Source of the DNA: the human T2T-CHM13v2.0 reference genome, Homo sapiens
Length of the DNA: 64,000 bases
Assembly: GCF_009914755.1 (NCBI RefSeq)
Contig: NC_060934.1
Direction: 5' to 3' (one strand)
Part shown: positions 1 to 12,909 of the stretch, one piece after another
Numbering within the stretch: position 1 is the stretch's first letter
Layout of the letters: each line of letters opens with the position of its first letter
Position numbers and translations under genes: made by a program
Notes under the pieces: model-generated
What the model was told of the DNA's origin: nothing
Seen by the model: the letters and a program-made list of their open reading frames with translations, nothing else
Databases searched by the model: none

Positions 1-210
1 TCACCAGCAGTTTTCATAGCTCACTAGTTGTCTATGGCGAGAATTCTTAGGTGATTAGCAAGCAAGAGATGAAGGAATATAAAAGCTGCATGATTTCACA
101 AGGTTGGAAGTCTTGTTGCATTGAACTTTCAATGAAAGAAATTTTGTATACTTGAAAGAAATGTTTATTGTGTAGATGAAATAAATATTTTAGACCTCAG
201 GGAAAAACTT

Positions 211-310
211 CATATATATATGTGTGTGTGTGTATATATATATATATGTGTGTGTGTGTATATATATGTGTGTGTATATATATGTGTATATATACACACA
301 CATATATATG
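211..310. repeat. Compound (TA)n/(TG)n/(CA)n microsatellite
   Basis: Alternating TA, TG and CA dinucleotide runs seen directly. Confidence 0.95.
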
Positions 311-644
311 TAACAAATTAAAATGTTTAAAATGTTAAGTTACAAAGTTTCTTTTGTACCTTTCACCAGTTCCATCCCGGGCCTCCCTAGATTCAACTAG
401 GGATGTACTAGTAACTGTTTCACTTCAAGCCAATGCCCTGCTCCGTATATTGATAGGACTTGCCTCTAACATTCTTTCCACGTATAGGGAGCTGTCCCAG
501 CTGGTTTCTGGGGGATTGCTTTACATTTATATACATTTATACTGCTGGATCAGTGTAATCTTCAAGGTGAGGGTTTGCTTCATCTTATGAGTGTCATTTA
601 GAACTTGCCCACACAATGCAAGACCAGTGAAAATCGCTAGGCCA

Positions 645-988
645 GTGATTCTCATACTTGAATGTGCACAGAAATACTGGGAATGGTATTACATTGCAGA
701 TTCTGGTTTAGTTAGTCTCAGGTGGGGTCTGAGATTCTGCATTTCTGAGTTTCCCAGGAGATGCAACTGGTCTGCAGACCACATTAGAGAAGCTTCAGGC
801 TAGTAGTTCTCAACCCTGGTTTCATATTAGAATTATCTGAGGACTTTTAAAAAATACTGGTATCTGGGACCTATCTATAGTGATTCGGATTTAATTGTTC
901 TAGGATGGGGCCTCAGCATGATATATAGATATATAAGATAGATATATAAGATTTGACACTAATGTGCAAATCGGTTTGGGAACCACTG
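645..988. mobile_element. Two adjacent degenerate MER5-type (hAT-Charlie) DNA transposon relics
   Basis: MER5-like motifs: gtgattctca..gcagattctgg..ggtggggtctgagattctgcatttct, and agtagttctcaaccctgg..ttagaattatctg..gggaaccactg. Boundaries approximate. Confidence 0.6.
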
Positions 989-1638
989 TTACAAGCTCTG
1001 CACACTTTTGCTGTGATAGATAAAGATCTTCATGTGCAGATTTTGTAGTGATCTGGCAGGCACCTTACTGAGCTTTTATGATGTGAATGCACCTGCTTTG
1101 TGGATACAGTCCATAGAGAAGGGATTCCTCTTCACTACTAGATTCCCAGAGATGAGGTAGAGGTCGCTATCAGAGAAGCACACCTAAGGAAAAACAAATA
1201 GTCTTTTCATTAAAAAAAACAAAAACAAAAACCCAGCTATCGCTTGATATAGGAAAGAGGTTTGAAGTGATAAATGAATGCAAAGTTGGTATCTCTTGAT
1301 TCATGGGGTCCTTCTGTTTTCTGCATCCTTTCAGTAAGAGATCATGGGGAAAGTGTATTATATACACAACTTCAATGCTTCATGTTTTCTTCAAAGAAGT
1401 CTATATATTTACTTCTTACTATCTGTGTGTATATGTTTACCTATAAATATATGTACCTGAAAAATGTCTGTGTAGCCAGAATTCTAGTATTTATTTTTCC
1501 TTTGCTAATTATTTAGAAAAAACTTAGAGTATTTTCTATACAGTTACTTGTCCTAAAAACTAAGTGACTTGACATCTTGATGAAAGAACTGTTGTTATTC
1601 CTAAGTTCTTTCCATGCTAATGGCAGATGGATGATTCT

Positions 1639-2026
1639 TTTTTTTTTTATTTTAAACTTTTAATTTTTTTAAATTATTATTATACTTTTAAGTTTTAGGG
1701 TACATGTGCACAATGTGCAGGTTAGTTACATATGTATACATGTGCCATGCTGGTGTGCTGCACCCATTAACTCCCCCGAACAGGAACAGCTCCGGTCTAC
1801 AGCTCCCAGTGTGAGTGACGCAGAAGACGGGTGATTTCTGCATTTCCATCTGAGGTACTGGGTTCATCTCACTAGGGAGTACCAGACAGTGGGCGCAGGA
1901 CAGTGGGTGCAGCGCACCATGCGCGAGCTGAAGCAGGGCTAGGCATTGCCTCACTCGGGAAGCGCAAGGGGTCAGGGAGTTCCCTTTCCTGGTCAAGGAA
2001 AGGGGTGACAGACAGTACCTGGAAAA
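1639..2026 (-). mobile_element. Young primate L1 (L1PA2-4-like) insertion: poly(A) + last ~100 nt of 3'UTR (minus strand) joined to inverted 5'UTR fragment (plus strand)
   Basis: T-rich tail ~1639-1673 and L1 3' end antisense (ttattatacttttaagttttagggtacatgtgcacaatgtgcagg...cacccattaactc) to 1773. L1 5'UTR sense (ccgaacaggaacagctccggtctacagctccc...ggggtgacagacagtacctggaaaa) 1776-2026. 16-bp TSD gcagatggatgattct at 1623-1638 and 2027-2042. Confidence 0.93.
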
Positions 2027-3685
2027 GCAGATGGATGATTCTATTGGCTCTAAAATCATAGGCTTTAGTTCAGTTCAAATGTTGTTTTATTATTATTACA
2101 ATGAAGACCCTAGAAGCAGAAAATACAATTTTATGTATATTAAAATTATGCTAATTGCAATTTCTTAGGAACAATAAACTTTAAAACCAGTGGATTAAAA
2201 TTAAATATAATTTTGCTGCTAAGAAATTGGAATCTTCTCCCTTATGTACCTACTATTTTATTATAAAGTAGACTTTGATTTTATTTCCTTAATGTTATCT
2301 TGTCTACTTCATGGCCACCGCCTTCATTTGGATTCTCATTCACGTTCATTTCCTCACTGACCCTCACTACCTCCCCTCTTGCCCCTTAGGAATCTTCTGC
2401 CAGAGTCCTCGGTTATGGAGGTAGTAGGTCTTTGGCTCCTTGTCTGAGAAAAAAGTCCAGATCTACAGAGTGTCATTTGGAGCCTGTTGACCTACCCAAC
2501 CTTTTTTCCACCCTTGTCACTTGTCATTTCCCTAGATAGCAGTTTATTCATTCCTTAGCTGAGATGGAGCATCAGGAAAGAAATATTGGAGGCTTGAAGA
2601 GAAAGGTAAAGAGGCATACAGAGTGGTTTGGGAGAAAGGGAGAGTAGATAGCACAAGGGAAATGAAGTGTGATTGCTGGGCAGCATTTAAGGTCTACTGA
2701 GATAGGTGATTATGGATTTAAAGTAAGATTAGCTAGCATGTGGCTGCAGGAATACAGGTGTGGAGAAGGTGGAGTCTTGCATTCTGCCAGGGCTGACTAA
2801 GACATTCCACTTCTCATCTGTGCTTTTGCATAATGGCCATGGCCTCCATCTGAAACACATTCCTTCTCTTCTTTGCCTGGCAAAATCTTCTTTTACAACC
2901 CTGATTGATAATTTTCTCCTTTTTCCAGACATCCTCTCTTGACCCTCATGATTCTTGGTCATCTCCCTGTGTTCTGTCCCCATTTTTCCATGCCATGAAA
3001 GGTGTCTGTTCATACCTATCTCCACTAGACAGTGCACTCAGCAAAGGCAGGGAGGTGATGTTTTGAAATCCCAGTTTACAACATGGTGCCTGGTACATAG
3101 TAGACACACATAATAATATATGCTAGATAAATGAATATAAGATTTCTCTGTAAATTATTGAGAATCTACACTTGCTGTTTGAGGTTCAAGATGAATTCTA
3201 CTTAGTAATATATGACATAAAAATTGTATTGCTTTAATTTCTATTCTAATATACCCTTACCAAATATCCAAGCTGATAAGATCTTTCCATATATACATAC
3301 ATATCTACATGAAAATGGAAGAAAGTTAAAAAGACCAAAGAATATACATAAATATTAAATATCTAGGATAACACACTTCATAGAGCCCTGCACAATGCAT
3401 GGGGTTTATCTGTTCTTTTTCGCTTAGGCCTTCTTGCCTGGTGGGAAACAGTTAAAATCCTAAGAAGCATCTGAGCCAGTATTGAGCACATTAATATTTT
3501 CATATTGAACACGTCTATATTTTCAAGTTGCACTGAAGTTATGAGTATAAAAATGTAGTTTTGAAAGGTTTTCCTCAACCATGTGGAAACATACGGAGAT
3601 TTTAACTGCTGAAACAATTTCAAATAGTTTACAAATCAATAAAAGCCAGACAGAAATTAAAGTGTATCTTTTTTCCTGAGGTTAA

Positions 3686-4041
3686 TATCTTAGTTTGTTT
3701 GTGCTGCTACAACAAAGCACCACAAACTGTATGGTTTATATACAATAGAAATTTATTTCTCACTGTTTTTAAGGTTGGAAAACCCAACATCAAGGCATGG
3801 GCAGATTGGTCTCTGGTGAGGACCCACTTCCTGGTTTCCAGGTGGCACCTGATCCCTGTGACCTCACATAGTGGAAGGGACTCGCTGGCTTTCTGACATC
3901 TCTTTTATAAGGGCACTAACCCCAATCATGTTCTCATGATCCAGTCACCTTCCAAAGGTCTGACCTCTTAATCCCATCACCTTGGGGGTTAAGATTTCAA
4001 CATATGAATTTTGGGGGAATTCAAACATTCAGACCACAGCA
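3686..4041 (-). mobile_element. MLT1A-type MaLR solo LTR
   Basis: tcttagtttgtttgtgctgctacaacaaa... to ...catatgaattttgggggaattcaaacattcagaccacagca matches the reverse complement of MLT1A LTR ends. Confidence 0.8.
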
Positions 4042-4710
4042 GTAAGTGATTTCACATTTTTCCTTAGGAGTGAGGAGACTTGAGTTCTGGTTGTGATGTG
4101 TCGCTAAAGGTCTGTGGTGTCAGATAATCTGCCCCACCTCTCTAAGCTTTAGTTTCCCCATGTATAAAACATGAGATTTGGTCTAAATTATTACCAAGGT
4201 CATTTTGAATCATCTGTGATTCTGGAAAGTTATGAAACACAGCCTGTAACCATGGTGAGGAAAGTTGATTGGTGGCTCCAGAAATAGACTTATTTTCTCC
4301 TTCTGTGTAACATTGATGCTCTCCCATTGAATCATTCTCTGGATGTTGCCTAAATAAACCAATTTCTTGATTTTTTTCCCCTTAATGCTAAGTGCTCAAA
4401 AGTGAATGAAAGATTGTCTTAAATACCAAACAAATGAGCTGTTGCTTTAAATGTAGATCTGGATTATTGTGCTGGTTTTCATTCCTGTTATAGGTATTCA
4501 AAAAGCAGAAGGTTGTGATGTGGTAAATTTAGAAACTATTTCACATCAGTTCCTGCTGTCTTTTGTGTTTGTGTGAGAACCCTATTCAAAATATATCTTA
4601 TTTATTCTTCCCTTAAAATATGCTTCACTTCATTTTTGCCTTTCTGCTGGCAACGAGTCCAGATCTATAAATACTTACAGGTTTTGTCAAAATCCTTACG
4701 CTGACAGTTA

Positions 4711-5244
4711 CAGTAGTTCTCCCTGATCCACAGGGAACATATTCCAAGGCCCCTAGTGGGTGCCTGATACCATGGATAATACTGAACCCTATGTATGTTA
4801 TATTTTGTTCCTGTGTATACATACATATGATAAAGTTTAATTTACAAATTAGGCACAGTAAAAGATTAACAACAACAACAACTAATAAAATAGAACTGGT
4901 ATAACAATATGCAAGCATCACTACTCTTATGCTTTGGGGCCATTAAGTAAAATAAGGGTTAGTTGAACACAAGCACTGTGATGCTGCAACAGTCAATCTG
5001 ATAACTGAGATGGCTACTGAGTGACTAAGAATGGTGGCACAGACAGCATGGGTACACTGGACAAAGGGATGATTCACCACAGAGAGGGACCACATGAGAT
5101 ATCATCACACTACTCAGATGGCACACAATTTAAAACTTATGAATTGTTTATTTCTGGAACTTTCCATTTAATATTTTTGGACTGAAGTTGACCATGGGTA
5201 ACTGAAACCACAGAAAGCAAACCCCAGATAAGAAGGGAGTACTG
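4711..5244. mobile_element. MER44-type (TcMar-Tigger7 derivative) DNA transposon
   Basis: Preceded by TA. Terminal inverted repeats cagtagttctccctgatcc / gataagaagggagtactg. Characteristic internal motifs (atgataaagtttaatttacaaattaggcacag; aatttaaaacttatgaattgtttatttctggaa). Confidence 0.85.
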
Positions 5245-6524
5245 CACTTTTTCCTACTAACATGTAGGTAATCTAGTCAGACACAATTGTGTTTTACCCC
5301 ATAAGCTTTTTGGTTTCTTGGTGTGTGTTATCATAAGCTTGTCCTCAGTACAGTGATGTCCTATGTAGCCCTCTGAGAATCACTCTGATTGCAAGATCTT
5401 TGGCCATGCTTCTTTGGGATTGTCCCCTGTCCAGAACACTCCACCCAAAATGAGACATTTTGACCTAGTTGGGACAAGTACAAGGCTGGTAGGCAAAGTC
5501 TCACTGTCTGTGAGCATTCATGTTGGATCCAGCCCTTTGAAGTAGAGAATCAGCTCATTAAGTGAATATTTTAAATGCTTAAAGGAATAACAGAAATTTA
5601 ATTTTCACTCTCTCTCCTGTAGTAATCTTTATCCAAAGTATCACATCACTGGTGAGCTGTGAGATTAGACAAGTTATTTACCCTCTCTGAGCCTCAGGTT
5701 CCTCCTCTATAAAGTTTGGATTTTATTTCTAATGTGATTTTGGCTCCAAAATTATTTTTTTTCTTTATAGTTATGTCATCCTCTTTCCAGCCTTAAACTG
5801 GCTGAAGGCAATTAGTAGTCTTAAACTTAAGCAAGTCTCACTCATTTCTGATAGTACTTCCTTAAACAAAAATGGTTCAGTTTTCCACCCCAGAGGCATT
5901 TGTGGAATTTTTTTAAAAAAGCATTTATGACTATTTTAGTTTATTTTTCTATACATTTGAGACAAGATTAACTCAACAACTCAAGGTGTTTTGCTCGTAT
6001 ACCTGGATAATAGTCTAAAAATGAAGCATTCTTATTTTCATAAAAACAATAATTAAATACATTGCTGTGAGTCTTCATTAATAAGAACTAAGCTAGTCAG
6101 ATGCTATTGACCACAGCCATGGGAAAATATTAAGAAAGCAATTCTTTGGTATTTATCCATCTTGCTCATCGTCAATTAAGAATCTTTATTCTAATTAGCA
6201 TTTTCAAACAGTTGAAAGTAAAAATAACCCCATGGAAAGATAAGTTCATTTATTTATTCAAGAAATACCTATTGCTTACCAACCAGATAGTCTTTGGAAT
6301 ATCAATAAACAAAACAATGATTCTTGATCTAATGGAGTCTGTTTTCTATCAGGAAACGACATACAATAAAACAGGCATAGTAAACATTTATTATATGGTT
6401 TGTTATAAGGTGGTAAGAGCAGTGGTGGAAAAATTTTAAAATAGAGCACAGAAAGGAGAAATCAAAAGTGGGTAGGAAGAAGGGAGCTGGGTTGTAGTAT
6501 AAATACCATGGTCAGGAAAGGAGA

Positions 6525-7124
6525 TGTGGCAGGCAGAGTGACCCCTAAAAGTCCATACCCTAATCCTTGGGACCTGTAAATATTTAGGTTAAATTACATG
6601 GCAAAAGGGACTTTCCAGACCTAATTATGGTTACAAATATTAAAATATAGAGGTTAACCTGGATTATCTGGGTGGCCCAATCTAATCAATAAGCCCTTGA
6701 AAGTCAAGAAATTATACTGGCTAGAGTTGGAGAGTTGTGGCCACAGTTGGAATGATCCAAAATGTGAGAGAGACTCCACCCACCCATGCTGAGAGTGCAT
6801 GGCAAACGCAAGAAGGAAGGCATGTAGCCTTGAAGAGCAAAGAATGGCCTCCAATGAAATGGGGCATCAGTCCTGCAGCTGCAAGAAACTGAATCCAGCC
6901 AAAGACCCAAAGGAGCTTGGAAGGAGATCCATCCCTAGAGCCTCCAAAAGGAATACATCCCTGCTGTCACTTGGATTCTGGCCTTGTGAGACTAAGTAGA
7001 GGACCCAGCTCAGCCAAATTGTACTTAGACTTCTAACCTACACAACTGTGAGATGCTAAGTGGGTATTGTTTTTAAGCTACTTCATTAGTGGTAATTTGT
7101 CATGGCAGCAATAGAAAACTAAAA
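6525..7124 (+). mobile_element. MLT1E-like MaLR solo LTR
   Basis: Starts tgtggcaggcaga; internal ctggattatctgggtggcccaatctaatca; ends gtggtaatttgtcatggcagcaatagaaaactaa. Confidence 0.8.
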
Positions 7125-7824
7125 GGGATGGGGGGGTGGGACATTAAGCTGATAGTGGAGTAAGAATGTGTTCTAGACAGAGAGAACAGTGACAGCCAAG
7201 TCCTAAGGGGAGGTACACCTGCGTGTTTGAGGGGTGGCGAGGGGTAGTTGGAGGGGAGAGAGCAGGGGGATGAGTAGGAGATAGGGTCAGAAAGGCCCTC
7301 CACCCTGGATGGAGGGTGGAGACCATGAAGGGCTTTGGCTTTTGTTCCAAGTGAGCTAGGGAGTCATTGCAGCATTTTGATCACAGAAGCAATATAATTT
7401 GATGTAATTTTTTAAAGGATCATGCTTAAACTGGCTGAAGGCTGCTCAGAAAATAGACTCTAGTAGACTGTAAAGAGGAAGGGGAGAAGCAGGGAGACCA
7501 ATTAGGAAGTGATAGCAGGAATCCTAATATGAGAGGATGATGGCTTAGACCAGCAGTAGTGGAGATGTTGAGAAGTGATCAGATTCTAGATATGTGTTAA
7601 AGACGAAGTCCATTTCTTTGTGACTTAGATTTGGGATGTAAGAGAGAGAGGAGTTTAGGATGATTCCTTGGGTTCAGGCCTGAATAGCTAGAAAAATGGA
7701 GTTGTTATCAACCAAGATGCAGAAAACTTTGGGTGGAGAGATCTGTGGTGGAGGGAGAATTGGAGGTCAGCTTGGACATACTGAGTGTGACATGTCTGTT
7801 AAACATCCAGTTAAAGATGCAGAG

Positions 7825-8322
7825 TGTGGTAGGCAGAATAATGGCCTCTAAAGATGTTCATCCTAATCCCCAGAAAATGTGAATGTGTCACTTTAGGGAG
7901 CCAGAGGGACATTGCACATGTGATGGTTAAGATAACAACTTTGAGATGGAGAGATGATCCTAGATTATCTGGTGGGCCCAACCTAGTCACAGAAGTCCTT
8001 AGAAGTAGAGTATCTTTCCCATGGTGGTCAGAGGCTGAGGTGACTACGGGAGAATGGCCAGAGAGATGCAAGGTTGCTGGATTTGAAGATGGAGGAAGGG
8101 GGCCACTGGCCAAGGAATGTGGGTGGCTGCTAGAAGGTGGAAATGGCAAGGAAACAAATTCTCCCCTATAACCTCAAGAAGGGAACACAACCCTGCAAAC
8201 CCTTGATTTTTGCCCAGGGAGATGGATATCTGACCTGCAGAGCTATAAGATAATACATTTGTGTTGTTTTCAGCCACTAAGTTTGTCATAATTTGTTATC
8301 ACAGCAATATAAAATGAATACA
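7825..8322 (+). mobile_element. MLT1D-like MaLR solo LTR with intact 5-bp TSD
   Basis: TG...CA termini (tgtggtaggcagaataatggcc...cagcaatataaaatgaataca). TSD cagag at 7820-7824 and 8323-8327. Confidence 0.9.
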
Positions 8323-9124
8323 CAGAGTAAGCAGTTGGATATGAGTCTGGAGGTGAGGAGAAAAAGGTCTCGAATTCAAAAGCATAGAGATGGTTTAAAG
8401 CCACAGACTGAATGAGATCACCAAGAGCATATGTAGAGATAGAGAAGAGAAGAGGATCAAGGTGGGGGTCAAGAGAACTTGTATTGTCCTCATTTTTAAA
8501 AAAGATAGTATTAAGGATATGTTTGTGTGCTAATGAGAGCTGTCCCTCAGAGACCAAAAGTTGATGATATAAGGGAAAGAAAAGAGTTTCTGGGGTGTTA
8601 TCCTCAAGTAGGGCAATAAAGATGAGATGCAGACCATGTGTGGGGGCATTTGTGATTCACTATGGTGAAAGCAGACAGTATAGGGGGAGTAGATGTGGTG
8701 AGAGTGTGTGTGAGTTCTCTTCTGATGACTCAGTTTTCTCAGTGGAATAGGAAGCAGCTGAGAGTGAGGATGGGGAAGGTGGTTTGAGGGTTTAAGAGAG
8801 AGAAAAGATGAGAAATAGTCCATCGGGAAATTGGGAGATTAGTAGAAGAGGGTCACATAGATTGCCTGCAGCATTAAAGGCCCACTTAAAGTTTGTGGTT
8901 ATGAATTTAAAGGAGTAAATGCCACCATACACCGTTGAAAAAAGTGCCTCTGAACATTAGCTATCACCTCCTTCAAAAAAAAAAAAGTCAAATATTAAAA
9001 GAAAATTTAGGGTGGAATTAGACAGGAAAAGCCCAGTATTGTTATCCTTTCTATCCATTGTCTAGACTCCTAGAAGATCACTTGCCTTAGAGGGTTAATA
9101 ATATTCTTAAATAATTGAATATAA

Positions 9125-9161
9125 ATCATATGTATATATATGCATATATATATATGCATGC

Positions 9162-9200
<39 letters not shown>

Positions 9201-9426
9201 CGCAGGGTCTCTGTCACTCAGACGGGAGTGCAGTGGTGCAGTCACGGCTCACTGCAGCCTTGGCCTCCTGGCCTCAAGTAATCCTCCACCTCATTTTTTA
9301 ATTTTTTTGTAGAGATGAGGTTCTCACTGTGTTACCCAGGCTAGTCTCGAACTCCTGGGCTCAAGCAATCCTCCTGCTTTGGCCTCCCAGTGTTGGGATT
9401 ACAGGCATGAGCCACCATGCCTGGCC
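9125..9426 (-). mobile_element. AluJ-like element (internally deleted) whose tail has become a (TA)n(GA)n microsatellite
   Basis: Alu antisense motifs (gagtgcagtggtgcagtcacggctcactgcagcc; gggattacaggcatgagccaccatgcctggcc) ~9195-9426. TA/GA repeat 9125-9200. Confidence 0.85.
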
Positions 9427-9459
9427 TAAATCATATTTTTTTTAATGAAATTTAAATGC

Positions 9460-9960
9460 TATCTTAGACTGGTTCTTTAAAGTAGCAGAGCCTAGACAGG
9501 GGCTTAGGGGCAATTAGTTTATTTTGAGGAATAATCCCAAAGAACAGCATTTGTGACTGGTAAGAGTTAATAGGGAACAAAGGAAACCCAATCCAAGGTT
9601 TGTTCATCAACTTGGTCACTATTGTGGGCAACTGGGACCTGTTCCCACAGGACACCCTCCAAGAATGTGCCTTAAAATTGGCTACTAGATAAAATTGGGG
9701 TGGGTGGTATTCATTATTTGTCCACTTTCTCGCATCCCCTACTGGTCAAGTGTTGCCCCATGGGGTGTTAAGTCTATCATGGGACTGCACATTTGTCAGA
9801 ATGGCTCACTGGTTTCCTACAGATATTTCACATGGTGGCAGAGAAGGCCCAGAGTAGAAAGCACATGTGACAGTGCAGCTGAAGTGACATTCTGTCAGCA
9901 AGGGCTAGAATGTCAGTGCCAAGAGAAGTGATGTGAGGCAAAGATGTCCAATGCAGAAAT
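9460..9960. mobile_element. Old ERVL-type LTR relic (LTR16/LTR33-like)
   Basis: Resembles similar segments at 12910-13285 and 13500-13960 (ggttc..cagaagcagaccc/gacaaggattt..agtttatttgggagg pattern). Family assignment uncertain. Confidence 0.45.
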
Positions 9961-12909
9961 GTGCTAATTACAAAAGTATCTCCTAAAATTTTGGCCAATA
10001 AACCATAATCAGACCCTAATTTCAGTTTACAAAGTTCAAATGTTTATATATTAGACTTTCTAAGCAAGAAACCTGTGCATGCACATTGAAACACCCAAGC
10101 CCCACAGTATCATTGAAGCACAAAGCAGAGCTTTATGTCCCTTCTCACCCCAGGGCTTTTGCACTTGCTAAGCCTTCTTGTTCCTTTATTCTCCCAGATC
10201 TTTCCATGGCTTCACAGTCATGCAGGTTTCAGCAGAAATGTTGTATCTTCAGAGAAAGTTTCCTTACTACCTTGACAAAATATCCCACCCCATCCCCCAC
10301 CTCTGACCCACACTTGCCCAGCTCCTTTCCATTACACTGATGTGTTTTTCCGTATTTCAGAGGGTGACAAATGCTATTTGTGTATTTCTTGTTGGTCCCC
10401 CTCACAGACTCTATGAGGGCAGCTTGACAATAGTATCCCCAGCACTGCATGGAAGGAGCCTTGTCTATACTTGTTGAATACCTGGTTATCATAATTCATC
10501 TTCTTTGTTTACTCTTTCCCTGTCATCTGGTTTCATCCCAGCCAGTGAAATCACTTACTAGATGAGGAACTGCTGAAGTACTGGGAATTCACTGGTGGAC
10601 GAGATATAATCCCCACCTCAAGTCTCACAGTCTGTCAAGGAGCCTCCAGATTCTTTTTATCCTGTGCATGATGTGGAACCATTCAAATCTCTTTTTAAAC
10701 AACAACAACAAAAAAAACATGATGTGGTTTTTATATTAGACGTGGACAAGTGAGCCAGTTAATGGCATGTCCTGGTTGTCTAAAGCTGAGTGACAAACTA
10801 CTCCAAAACTTAACGATTTCAAACAACAGTAATCATTTATCTCTCACAGTTTCTGTGAGTCAGGAATTTGGAGTCTGGTCAGCAGCGTAGCCTGTCTCCA
10901 TTCCGCTTGGCATCAGCAGGGGAGGCTCGAAGTATGGGGAAATCATCTGAAGGCTCGCGAGCTGACTGTCATGTCCTGGGTCTAGTCTGAGACTCCTGGG
11001 CTCCTCGGGCACGTCCCTCTCTCTATGTGACTGCTCCGTGATGTATTATTTTCTGAGGATGGCTGCACAGACGTATATCTTTGGAAAATAAAATCTCCAC
11101 GGGCAGTGTTATCACAACTGCTGATGTTTATTGAGGATGAGGGCTTCCTGTGGTCCGGGCATTGTGCTAAGTGTTCTCCGTGTATTATATTATCTAACCC
11201 CTGATGAGTGGGATTTGTAAGGTAGCCCTTTTGTACAGTGAAGCAATGGGGACTCACCAAAGTTAAATGACTGGTATGAGCTCACAAAGAACTTTTGAAT
11301 TTACTGGGGAAAGGGCTAATGGTGGTAGAGAGTGCGTGGGAGCCTTGCTTCCAGAGGGAAAATGGGTTTCTTTACTGACTCCTCTGTCAACCGGTATGGA
11401 CATCATCCTCTCCCACCATATTCCCCTTTTTCCTTCCTATTTTCAGTACACTTTCATTTTGTTATATTAAATTTCAATTATATTTTACCTGTGCCCTTTT
11501 CCATTGTGAACTTATTTAAAAACACTTATTTAAAAACAGACGTTCCAAGGAAATAGAAACAAGATTTTCTTTGTCTGGATTCATTTTGCCATTTAGGAAA
11601 GAGTTCTCCTGGTTCTCAAGATGTTTCATTCATTCAATAAATATTGATTATCTACTAAGTGCCAGACATTGGGGAAGTGAATCCACATCAGTGAACAAAA
11701 CAGACAAAAAATACATGCCCTCACAGAGCTTACATTCTAATGGGTAGAGATAAATATATAACATTTTTACTTTTCAGGCAATGAGAAATACTGTGGAGAA
11801 AAGTAAACCCAGAGAAGGGGAAGAGAAGTGTCAGATCACGTCATTTTATGTAATTATGTTTCCTTGGATTTCCGTCTCTCTAAATTGAACCCACAGTCCT
11901 TACAGTGGCCCAGAAGAGCCTGCGAGACCCATCCTGTCTCCCTGACCTCAGTCCCATCTGCTCATTCTCAACCACACTGGCCCCCTTGCTGGGGGAACCT
12001 TGGACATCAGCATCGTTCCTGCTTAGGACACTTTCCTTTCTCTCTGTGTAGTCACTCATCCTTTTGATAACTATAAGACCAACTTCCTTACCTGTTTTGT
12101 GGTCTTTACCCAGATGCCATCTTCTCACTAATGCCTTTGCTGACACCTTGTTTTAAATTTCAGTCACCCTCCTTACCTACCCCTAGTACCCCTACTCTCC
12201 TGGAGGTCACCCCAAACCACTATTTCAGCATGACCATTGGCAAAGCAGCATCACTGGCTTTCTCTCTAGAAGGCAGACCTGCCTACGGGCTGCAGAGTTC
12301 AAGCTTGTCTCTGTCCTTCGATCTTCTTGGGAGTTTTCTGTAAAGGCCCTGATTAGTGGCAGCACCATGGGAATCTCCCTGGCCTATTCAGTAGCATTGA
12401 ATCAATCCTGAGTTTAATTAGCAGCAATTGCCAGGATGACATTTTGGCCTTGTCATACCACGGGGCAGTACCTCTTAAGGATTGGATGTAGTTTTGTGCA
12501 ATGAAGAGCCCTTCTTCAGATGGGTTATTTCTACCCCATGGTCTTTGGCTGAGTGTGTTTCGTATTAGTCTTCTTCCTTTTCTTGCCAGGCCATTCTTGT
12601 TCTCCTCCTCTCTCAGATGTTCTTCTCTTTCATCACCCTCTGTGATTGCCTCATCTGAGTTCTTAGCTTTCAGTTTCACTGGCCATGCTGACCTTTTATG
12701 TATTTATTGTTTTTGTTCAGAAACTGAAACTGCATCACATACATGCTGGTTTGTATCTGTCTCTCCCATTTTATTAAAAGCCTAGTTTTTTCTTCTGTGT
12801 CTCTACCACTTTCTGGGTCTTACAGCATTCAAGGGATCATCCCTGCTTCCACAAGCAAAGTTCCAGAGTCTGTGAATTTTATGACATAATAAACAAGTAG
12901 AAAATGTAC

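Larger units (their letters stand above)
6240..8910 (-). mobile_element. Fragmented L2 LINE (antisense) interrupted by two MLT1 LTRs
   Basis: L2 3' end-like ttcatttatttattcaagaaatacctattg followed by purine-rich L2 antisense sequence that resumes after each LTR. Confidence 0.65.

Noticed and set aside
1688-2059. 123-aa minus-strand ORF
   Set aside because: Antisense translation of the L1 5'UTR fragment running into the L1 3'UTR. Not L1 ORF1/ORF2, and the fragment is too short to hold an intact ORF0.
2560-2770. Similarity among segments at ~2.6, ~8.8, ~46.2 and ~59.2 kb suggesting a segmental repeat
   Set aside because: Best explained as homologous portions of independent antisense L2 copies.
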